NCBI GenBank assembly: GCA_964237235.1 | Contig: CAXSGY010000003.1 | Location: forward strand, 68,920 to 132,919 | Origin: an uncultured Pyrinomonadaceae bacterium | GTDB taxonomy: Bacteria > Acidobacteriota > Blastocatellia > Pyrinomonadales > Pyrinomonadaceae | Direction of reading: 5' to 3' | DNA length: 64,000 bases | Translations under genes and position numbers: made by a program | The notes under the pieces: model-generated | Database searches by the model: none | What the model was told of the DNA's origin: nothing | What the model saw: only the letters and a program-made list of their open reading frames with translations | In this document: piece by piece, positions 56,445 through 64,000 of the stretch | Numbering within the stretch: the stretch's first letter is position 1 | Layout: each line of letters begins with the position of its first letter

Positions 56445-57914
56445 CTAAACAACCGCGTTATCTGCGATTACCTGTTTGTAAAAATCCGCGCTTAATTTCG
56501 GCGTGCGTTTTTGCGTTTTGTAATCTACATAATGCAAACCGAAACGATTCGAGTAGCCGTCCGCCCATTCGAAGTTGTCCATTAAACTCCACAAAAAATA
56601 ACCTTTGACCGGAACGCCTTCGCTCGCCGCTCTCTGCAAATGCGACAGGTAATTTCTGAGATACATCACGCGGTCGGTGTCGTAAACTTTGCCGTCGTCC
56701 GCCGGAATGTCCGAAGAAGAACAGCCGTTTTCGGTGATGTAAATTTCCTTTGCGCCCCAGATTTTGTTGACGTGATGCGGTCCCCAATAAAGTGCTTCGG
56801 GACCGATGGAAAGCCACGGCGAAAGCATATGCGGATATGATGCCGGAGGCGGAACGACCGCGAAACCCTGTTTTGAATTATCGGCGCGAACGTAGGTCGG
56901 CGTGTAGATATTAATACCGACGAAATCGAGCGGCGACGAAATCGTTTTCAAATCCGCGTCCGTAAATTTCGGCGCGTCCTTGCCCGCGTTTGCCAGATAA
57001 AGATCGGTATATTTGCCTTCCTGAATGACGGTCATATACTGCGCGTTGATTTGTCGCGTCGCTTCTTCGGCGGCTTTGATGTGTTCCGAAGTTTCGATGA
57101 CCGGACAGCAAATCGTCATATTTTCCGCGAGTCCGATGCGCGTTCCGGCTTTCGCTTTGGCGCGAATCGCCTGCACCGCCAAACCGTGACCGAGAACGGC
57201 GTGATGGCGCGTTTGATTAAATCTGGCGGGCGGCAATTTTAAGCCGGGCGCGTGAATTCCGATGCGGTAGCCGAGTTCGACAAACGCGCCGAATTCGTTG
57301 ATCGTGAAAAAATGCCTGACGCGATCCGACAATTTTTCGGCGGCGTAACCGGCGTAATTGCCAAACGCTTCCGAAGTTTCGCGTCGTTCCCAACCGCCGT
57401 ATTTATCCTGCAAAACCTGCGGCAGATCCCAGTGATAAAGCGTCGCAAACGGCTCGATTCCGTTTTTCAAAAGCTCGTCAATCAATTTGTTATAAAAATC
57501 CAACCCTTTTGGATTCGGCGCGCCGGTTCCGTTCGGGAAAACTCTCGACCACGAAATCGAAAAACGATAGCTTTTCACGCCGAGCGATTTCATCAACTGA
57601 ACGTCTTCTTTATAACGATGATAATGATCGTCGGCGACATCGCCCGTCGCGCCGTTCACGGTTTTGCCGGGCGTTTTTGAAAATGTGTCCCAAATCGAAG
57701 ACGTGCGACCGTCTTCATTAAACGCGCCTTCGACCTGATACGAAGCCGTCGCGCTGCCCCACAAAAATCCGTCGGGAAACTTTCGCGCCGGATTGATTTG
57801 ATTGACCGTCGATTTTTCTTCGTGCGCCGGAGCGTTTCCTTTAACCGAATTTGCCGACGCGCCGAGCGCGGCTGCGCCGACGATTTTTGCAAAATTACGC
57901 CGCGAAAATTTCAT
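56445..57914 (-). CDS. GH1 beta-glucosidase with Tat-type signal
   Basis: MKFSRRNFAKIVGAAALGASA N-terminus, TINEF acid/base region and YITENG nucleophile motif. Confidence 0.88.
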   Translation of the reverse strand: MKFSRRNFAKIVGAAALGASANSVKGNAPAHEEKSTVNQINPARKFPDGFLWGSATASYQVEGAFNEDGRTSSIWDTFSKTPGKTVNGATGDVADDHYHRYKEDVQLMKSLGVKSYRFSISWSRVFPNGTGAPNPKGLDFYNKLIDELLKNGIEPFATLYHWDLPQVLQDKYGGWERRETSEAFGNYAGYAAEKLSDRVRHFFTINEFGAFVELGYRIGIHAPGLKLPPARFNQTRHHAVLGHGLAVQAIRAKAKAGTRIGLAENMTICCPVIETSEHIKAAEEATRQINAQYMTVIQEGKYTDLYLANAGKDAPKFTDADLKTISSPLDFVGINIYTPTYVRADNSKQGFAVVPPPASYPHMLSPWLSIGPEALYWGPHHVNKIWGAKEIYITENGCSSSDIPADDGKVYDTDRVMYLRNYLSHLQRAASEGVPVKGYFLWSLMDNFEWADGYSNRFGLHYVDYKTQKRTPKLSADFYKQVIADNAVV

Positions 57915-58099
57915 TGATTTTCTCCTTTATTAATCTGCGTCTGTTTGGAATTTCTGAAAATCATTTTCGTTCAAAAGACGGTGCTTTGTAAAGAAATTTG
58001 ATCGGATATTTTTCGGCGTTGATCGAAATTCGGATATAAGTTGTTCGTCAAAATGATATAAAATTGGTTTTATCACAATAAAAATTTCAAATTTATAAA

Positions 58100-59854
58100 A
58101 TGCTGAAAAAAACCTTGCTAATTTTATTTTTAACGGCGGCGAATGTTTTTGCCGGCTTTTCGCAATCGGCGGGCATTACAACTTACTGCAATCCGCTCGA
58201 TTTAAATTATCAGTATAATTTCGAGCAGCTCAACGAAAAAATCTCGTATCGTTCGGGCGCAGACCCGGTGATCGTCAATCATCGGGGCGAATATTTCCTG
58301 TTTGAAACAATCGGCGGCGGCTGGTGGCATTCCAAAAATCTCGGCAATTGGGAACACGTCAAAGCCGACAATCTGCCCTACGAAGAAATCGTTGCGCCGG
58401 CGGCAGTCTCCGACGGAAACACGATTTATCTTTTTCAATCAACCTTTGAACAGCGTCCGATTTTTCGGCTCACGAATCCGCTGCGCGGTCATCTCGAAAT
58501 TTTTAACCGTTGGATGCCCCTGATGCCGAACGATGTCAAAGGACCTTGGGACCCGGATATTTTTTACGATGCCGACACGAAAAAATGGTTTATGTATTTC
58601 GGCTCGTCGAATCTTTACCCGCTTTACGGCATCGAACTCGATTTTCAAAACAATCTCGCTTACAAGGGAACGCCCAAGGAATTAATCCGGCTCGACCCGC
58701 AGGCGCACGGCTGGGAGAGATTCGGTCAAAATCACGCCGGTATGATTGCGCCGTTTATCGAAGGCGCATTTATGACAAAACACGACGGCAAATTTTATCT
58801 GCAATACGCCGCCCCTGGAACGGAATTTAACGTTTACGCCAACGGAACTTACGTCGCGGACAGTCCGCTCGGCGAATTCAAATACGCGCCGTATAATCCG
58901 ATTTCCTACAAACCCGGCGGCTTTATGACCGGCGCGGGACACGGCAACACGTTCAAGGACGATTTCGGAAATTACTGGAACACGGGAACATCCTGGCTCG
59001 GTGTCAACTGGGATTTTGAGCGGCGAATCGTAATGTTTCCCGCCGGATTCGATGCCGACGAGCAGATGTTTTCAAACACGCGCTTCGGCGATTTTCCACA
59101 GCGTTTGCCGATTGGCAGGCGAAACCGAAAAGACGATTCGTTCGCCGGCTGGATGCTGCTCTCGTATCGCAAACCGGTGACGGTTTCTTCGACGTTGGAG
59201 AATTTTTCCGCCGCGAATTTAACCGACGAAAACCCGCGCACTTTCTGGGTCGCGCAGACGAATCGCGCGGGCGAGAACGCGACGATTGATTTGCAAAAAG
59301 AATTTGAAGTAAAAGCCCTGCAAATAAATTTCACCGATTACAAATCGAATATTTACCGCAGCGACGAAAAAATTTACACGCAATTCAAGATGTATGCTTC
59401 GACGGATAATCGAAAATGGAATTTGATCGCTGATCTGACAAAGGAAAAACGCGACCGCCCGAACGCCTATATCGAATTGCCAAAATCCATTCGCGCCCGC
59501 TACATCAAATACGAACACGCTTACGTCGGCGCGCCGAATCTGGCAATCAGCGACATTCGCGTTTTCGGCAAAGGTTTCGGCGGCGCGCCGGAAGTTCCGG
59601 CAAACTTAAAAATCGAACGGGATCGAAACGATTCGAGAAACGCGATTATCACCTGGGATAAAATTCCGAATGCGGTCGGCTATAATATTCTTTGGGGAAT
59701 CGGCAAAGACAAACTTTACCAGACGTATCAAATCTTCGCCGACCAACCCGCCCGGCTCGAACTGCGCGCCCTGAACGCCGGTCAGGATTACTTTTTTGCG
59801 ATTGAAGCGTTTAACGAAAACGGAGTTTCCGAAACAAGCGAGATTGTTCGTTGA
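58100..59854 (+). CDS. GH43-family glycoside hydrolase with F5/8 type C (discoidin) and FN3-like C-terminal modules
   Basis: Signal peptide. ADPVIVNHRGEYFLF and EGAFMTKHDGKFYLQY GH43-like motifs. Discoidin-like NLTDENPRTFW...ALQINF. Confidence 0.75.
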   Translation: MLKKTLLILFLTAANVFAGFSQSAGITTYCNPLDLNYQYNFEQLNEKISYRSGADPVIVNHRGEYFLFETIGGGWWHSKNLGNWEHVKADNLPYEEIVAPAAVSDGNTIYLFQSTFEQRPIFRLTNPLRGHLEIFNRWMPLMPNDVKGPWDPDIFYDADTKKWFMYFGSSNLYPLYGIELDFQNNLAYKGTPKELIRLDPQAHGWERFGQNHAGMIAPFIEGAFMTKHDGKFYLQYAAPGTEFNVYANGTYVADSPLGEFKYAPYNPISYKPGGFMTGAGHGNTFKDDFGNYWNTGTSWLGVNWDFERRIVMFPAGFDADEQMFSNTRFGDFPQRLPIGRRNRKDDSFAGWMLLSYRKPVTVSSTLENFSAANLTDENPRTFWVAQTNRAGENATIDLQKEFEVKALQINFTDYKSNIYRSDEKIYTQFKMYASTDNRKWNLIADLTKEKRDRPNAYIELPKSIRARYIKYEHAYVGAPNLAISDIRVFGKGFGGAPEVPANLKIERDRNDSRNAIITWDKIPNAVGYNILWGIGKDKLYQTYQIFADQPARLELRALNAGQDYFFAIEAFNENGVSETSEIVR

Positions 59855-59972
59855 TTTTGATAATCGAAAATTCTCACACAGAAAAATTAAAAAAGCGTTT
59901 TGGAATAATCTGTGAAATTAAGTGTATAATATCCACCGGCAGCAAGGTAATTATAAGCGAAATAAAGCATTT

Positions 59973-61379
59973 ATGCATTATCATCTAATCGGAATATGCG
60001 GCACGGCAATGGCTTCGCTCGCCGGAATGTTGCAGGCGCGCGGACACAAAGTGACGGGTTCGGATCAGAACGTTTATCCTCCGATGTCAACGCAGTTACA
60101 GGAACTCGGAATCGAGATTTTGAACGGTTACAAAGCGGAAAATACCGACATCGGTGCGGACTGCACGATTGTCGGCAATGCAATTTCGCGCGGCAATGCA
60201 GAGCTTGAGGAAGTTTTGAATCGGAAACTGCTTTATCGTTCGCAAGCCGAAATCGTCAAGGAAGAATTTATCCGCGGGCGGCGCAGTTTGGTCGTCGCCG
60301 GAACGCACGGTAAGACGACGACGACGAGCATCGCTTCCTGGATAATGGATGTCGGCGGTTTGAATCCGTCGTTTTTGGTCGGCGGCATCGTGCAGAATTT
60401 CGGCGCGTCGTTTCGTGTCGCCGACAGCGATTATTTCGTCGTCGAAGGCGACGAATACGACACGGCTTACTTCGACAAAAAGCCGAAGTTTATGCACTAT
60501 CTACCTGAAACGGCGATTGTCAACAACGTCGAATTCGACCACGCCGACATTTATCACGATTTGCGCGAAATCAAATTCGCGTTTTCGCGCCTGATGAATC
60601 TCGTGCCGTCGAACGGACGATTGATCGTCGGCATTGATTCGCCGGTCGCGCGCGAAGTTTTAGAGGAAATGAAAGGCAAACTGCACACGAACGTCGAAAC
60701 TTTCGGGACGAGCGACGATGCGAAATGGCAGGCGCGTTACATTGATTTTACGGGCGCGGCGACGCGGTTTACGATTTTCAAGGACAATCATTCGTGGGGC
60801 GAATTTGAAACGAATTTGATCGGCGAATTCAACGTCAGAAATTGTCTCGCCGTAATAATCGCGGCGGATGCCTGGGGCGTTTCGCAGGAACGAATCCGCG
60901 AAGCTCTGCAAACCTTCAAATCCGTGAAAAGGCGCGTCGAGATTCGCGGCGTGGAGCGCGGCGTAACCGTCATAGACGATTTCGCGCATCATCCGACGGC
61001 GGTCGAAGAAACTTTAAAAGCCTTGAAAACAAAATATAAAGGCAATCGTTTGATCGCCGTTTTTGAGCCGCGCTCGTGGTCTTCGCGGTTGGCGGTTTTT
61101 CAGGAAAAATATCAAAAGGCGTTCGCTTACGCCGATTATGTCATTATCGCGGGCGTTTACAACACTTCCAAAGCCTCGGAACTCGGCAAGGTTCTCGACA
61201 CCGAAGAACTCGTCAGAGACATCGAATTGACCGGCAAACCTTCGTTCAGCTTTCCCGATGCCGATGCGATTGTCGAACATCTCGCGCCGGAATTAAAAGA
61301 AAATGATGTCGTGGCGATTATGTCGAACGGCGGCTTCGGCGGCATTCACGATAAAATTTTAGACGTGCTGAAAAATTAA
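59973..61379 (+). CDS. mpl: UDP-N-acetylmuramate:L-alanyl-gamma-D-glutamyl-meso-diaminopimelate ligase
   Basis: MHYHLIGICGTAMASLAGML N-terminus and GTHGKTTTT P-loop. Mur ligase length. Confidence 0.88.
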   Translation: MHYHLIGICGTAMASLAGMLQARGHKVTGSDQNVYPPMSTQLQELGIEILNGYKAENTDIGADCTIVGNAISRGNAELEEVLNRKLLYRSQAEIVKEEFIRGRRSLVVAGTHGKTTTTSIASWIMDVGGLNPSFLVGGIVQNFGASFRVADSDYFVVEGDEYDTAYFDKKPKFMHYLPETAIVNNVEFDHADIYHDLREIKFAFSRLMNLVPSNGRLIVGIDSPVAREVLEEMKGKLHTNVETFGTSDDAKWQARYIDFTGAATRFTIFKDNHSWGEFETNLIGEFNVRNCLAVIIAADAWGVSQERIREALQTFKSVKRRVEIRGVERGVTVIDDFAHHPTAVEETLKALKTKYKGNRLIAVFEPRSWSSRLAVFQEKYQKAFAYADYVIIAGVYNTSKASELGKVLDTEELVRDIELTGKPSFSFPDADAIVEHLAPELKENDVVAIMSNGGFGGIHDKILDVLKN

Positions 61380-61382
61380 ATT

Positions 61383-61847
61383 GTGCCGACGGCTGAGATA
61401 AAAGAAACGATTCCCGCTTCGGCGGACGCGGTTTTCGCGCTTGTTCACGATTACCGGCGACGGCTCGAATGGGACACGCTTTTGCAGGAAGCGTATCTCG
61501 AACCGGAATTTGCGGAAGCGGCGCACGGCGCGATTTCGGTTTGTCGCGGCAAGAACATTCTGGGCGGTTTCGCCGTGCGAACCGAGTATGTTTCGTTTGA
61601 AAAAGGAAAGGTTGCGGCGGTCAAAATGCTTAATCGGCCGCCTTTTTTTCACACATTTGCGGCGAGCATCAGGCATTTTCCGGTTGACGAAAACTGTTCG
61701 GAAATCGTTTACAAAGTCAATTTTACCGTTAAACCGCGCTGGCTGTGTCCTCTTCTGAATCCGTTTATTCGACTCGTTTTCACCTGGGAGACCCGCCAGC
61801 GTTTGACGGCGTTGAAAAAATTCTTTCAATCCCGGAGATGTTTTTAG
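61383..61847 (+). CDS. SRPBCC (START/polyketide-cyclase-like) family protein
   Basis: GTG start 3 nt after mpl. IPASADAVFALVHDYRRRLEWD is typical of the SRPBCC N-terminus. Confidence 0.55.
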   Translation: MPTAEIKETIPASADAVFALVHDYRRRLEWDTLLQEAYLEPEFAEAAHGAISVCRGKNILGGFAVRTEYVSFEKGKVAAVKMLNRPPFFHTFAASIRHFPVDENCSEIVYKVNFTVKPRWLCPLLNPFIRLVFTWETRQRLTALKKFFQSRRCF

Positions 61848-62125
61848 ACGATTCGCTTGCGTAAAAGCGAAAAAAAATGCACACTATTCAAAGTTTTGCT
61901 CTCAAAAGTATCTCTGGTAGATGCGTCCGTTCAAGATAAGACGAGCGACGGTTTTAGTTCGGTTGGAGAGTTAGGATAATTACAGAAGCAGCTTCGTTTT
62001 ATAAGGCATCGCAAAAAGGTCGGGCGCGTCGCGAATCGCTAGAGAAAGATTTTAAGAATTTCATTCCCTGAACAGTTCAAGCCAGCCTTTGCTTCGTTCA
62101 CAGAAAATAAAATAGGAAAATTTAA

Positions 62126-62527
<402 letters not shown>

Positions 62528-62533
62528 TTTCTA

Positions 62534-62697
62534 AAGGGAAAAAGTTAAAAAGTGGAAAAGGGGAAAAGTTGGTTGAGCAAATTCAACAAAACTTTTCCCC
62601 TTTTTTCACTTCTGCGCTTTTTCTACTTTAATTGGTTGAATAAATTCAACAAAACTTTTCCCTTTTCCACTTTTTAACTTTTCCACTTTTTAACTTT
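62534..62697. repeat. Compound hairpin element: left arm, loop, degenerate right arm, duplicated loop, right arm with a 16-nt tandem duplication; same family as 52615-52700
   Basis: 62541-62570 is complementary to 62653-62681 (one base deleted). The loop-plus-stem segment TTGGTTGA(G/A)(C/T)AAATTCAACAAAACTTTTCCC occurs twice (62569, 62632). TTTTCCACTTTTTAAC is duplicated in tandem (62663-62694). The 14-mer AAAAAGTGGAAAAG is shared with 52619-52632. Confidence 0.8.
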
Positions 62698-64000
62698 AAA
62701 AAGTTTTTCCGCTGAAGTTCGCCAGCGCGACGACGATTTCGTCAATCGCGGCTTCGCGTTGGCGCGAATTATTGACACCGTTGACGATAATCGAGAAAAC
62801 GAGCCGTTCGCCGGCGTTGGTCGTTACATACCCGGAAAGCGCGGAAACCTGGTCAATCGTACCGGTTTTGCCGCGCACATTGCCGGCGGCGTTGGTGTTT
62901 TTAAAACGGTTTCGCAAAGTTCCGTCAACCGCGCCGACGGTCAAAGCGTCGCGCCAGACGTTGGCATAGCGGCTTTTCGACATATATGTGTAAAGCTGGA
63001 TGGCGGACGACGGCGTGACTAAATTGTGCCGCGAAAGCCCCGAACCGTCGTGTTGAATTACGCTGTCGGCGGGAATGCCGATTTCCGTTAAAAATCGCTG
63101 AACAGTTTGCAGTCCGATTTCCGCGCTGGTCATTTTGCCGATTTGGACAAGCGCGTCCGCGTCAACCGTCAGAGACGTTTCCTGTTTTCTGCCGTATTGT
63201 TCGCCGAGTGCGCGCAAAATCGTTTCGGTATACATATTCTGACTCGGTTTCAAGGTTTTCGCCGCGATGACGCTGAGCGGCGGCGACTCGAAACTAACTA
63301 TTTCCTTCGGCGAAACGTAGTCATTTAAAGGCAATAAAACAATCTTGCTCCTGGCTGGCAGCGGGCGACTTGTCTGCATCAAATCTTTGTAATCCATCAC
63401 GCGCGTTTGCCCGGTCACGACGATTCCTTTCTGCTGCAAAGCGTTTTTCAGCTGCGCGACGAAAAGTCCGGCGGGTTTTGTGACGGTGATATTTCCCGTA
63501 TAGCCTTTATCGTCGGCGGGCATTGTTCCGTTGATTTCAAGCTCGTTCGAGTCGAGTTTTTTCGTCACGGAAATCATTCGTTTTTCGCCGGACGAGACGG
63601 TTTGCGAGAGATTCACGACTTTAAACAAAGAATTCGGCGGAGAAATCGCTATGATGCACGGCATCCCGAGTTGCGTGTTCGGTGTAATTTTTAACTCGAC
63701 GACGTTATCATCGAACGGCAGTGCCGAAACTTCCGCGCCGGATTTCCATTGTAAATCGTCCCATTCCCAACCGTCGGGAATCGCGCTGCCCGAAAAGAAA
63801 CTTTCGTCGCCGACTAAATTTCCTTCGACGCGCTTCACGCCCGCCTGCGCGATTGCCGCCGCTAAACCGTTGACGGCTTTGTAGTTATCACCGTCGTAAA
63901 ATGTGTTCGAGAACGAAACGTCGCCGCGTCCGTAAACGGTCAAATCGCCTTTAATCGTGCCGCTCGAATCAATCGGCGCGGCGGCGTAAACGCTCGTGAC
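62696..64000 (-). CDS. dacB: D-alanyl-D-alanine carboxypeptidase/endopeptidase (PBP4, S13 family); N-terminus outside the window
   Basis: GSGLSRHN (SxN) and RGKTGT (KTG) motifs. The frame stays open from 63943 to the window end. Confidence 0.85.
   Translation of the reverse strand, partial: VTSVYAAAPIDSSGTIKGDLTVYGRGDVSFSNTFYDGDNYKAVNGLAAAIAQAGVKRVEGNLVGDESFFSGSAIPDGWEWDDLQWKSGAEVSALPFDDNVVELKITPNTQLGMPCIIAISPPNSLFKVVNLSQTVSSGEKRMISVTKKLDSNELEINGTMPADDKGYTGNITVTKPAGLFVAQLKNALQQKGIVVTGQTRVMDYKDLMQTSRPLPARSKIVLLPLNDYVSPKEIVSFESPPLSVIAAKTLKPSQNMYTETILRALGEQYGRKQETSLTVDADALVQIGKMTSAEIGLQTVQRFLTEIGIPADSVIQHDGSGLSRHNLVTPSSAIQLYTYMSKSRYANVWRDALTVGAVDGTLRNRFKNTNAAGNVRGKTGTIDQVSALSGYVTTNAGERLVFSIIVNGVNNSRQREAAIDEIVVALANFSGKTF

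Noticed and set aside
59877-59914. CACAGA(A) ... ATCTGTG inverted pair upstream of mpl, the same heptad as the 54070 array
   Set aside because: Any given 7-mer is expected several times in 64 kb on two strands. Without phasing or clustering this is not evidence for a shared operator.

Overview
This is a 64-kb, gene-dense chromosomal segment from a Gram-negative bacterium, as shown by LpxC, lipobox lipoproteins and a TonB-dependent receptor. The gene content includes a 1210-aa CarboxypepD_reg-type TonB receptor, Tat-signal oxidoreductase and glycosidase genes, a delta-60/FG-GAP repeat protein and a WG-repeat protein. I associate this mix with Acidobacteriota, but that is inference only. About 50 protein genes are supported. 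Most are housekeeping, stress or metabolic: clpS-clpA, katE, dps, uvrA, lpxC, ubiX, mpl, a partial dacB, P450, peptidases and glycoside hydrolases. I recognised no rRNA, tRNA, CRISPR array, transposase, integrase or phage gene, and no classical defence island. Three kinds of observation stand out. (1) Non-coding structure: 23-35 bp perfect or near-perfect palindromes sit at gene boundaries, and their arms are themselves short tandem repeats (11743, 22205, 40094, 52615, 54070, 62534). The 52615 and 62534 elements share a GTGGAAAAG-type sequence. There are also heptamer tandem repeats in a promoter (24933) and inside uvrA (42436). (2) A roughly 127-nt GC-rich element with terminal inverted repeats occurs twice (16954 intact, 3415 decayed). 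(3) Gene-level oddities: an M1 peptidase homologue with all three zinc ligands replaced, a PP2C plus atypical membrane kinase pair cut by the window edge, a CbbQ/NorQ ATPase with no vWA partner, a VanW-glycosyltransferase fusion, a leaderless lipase-like protein behind an AT-rich gap, and two gene relics (DctA-like, ClpA-like). All homology calls come from motif recognition by eye. No database search, fold prediction or statistics were run.
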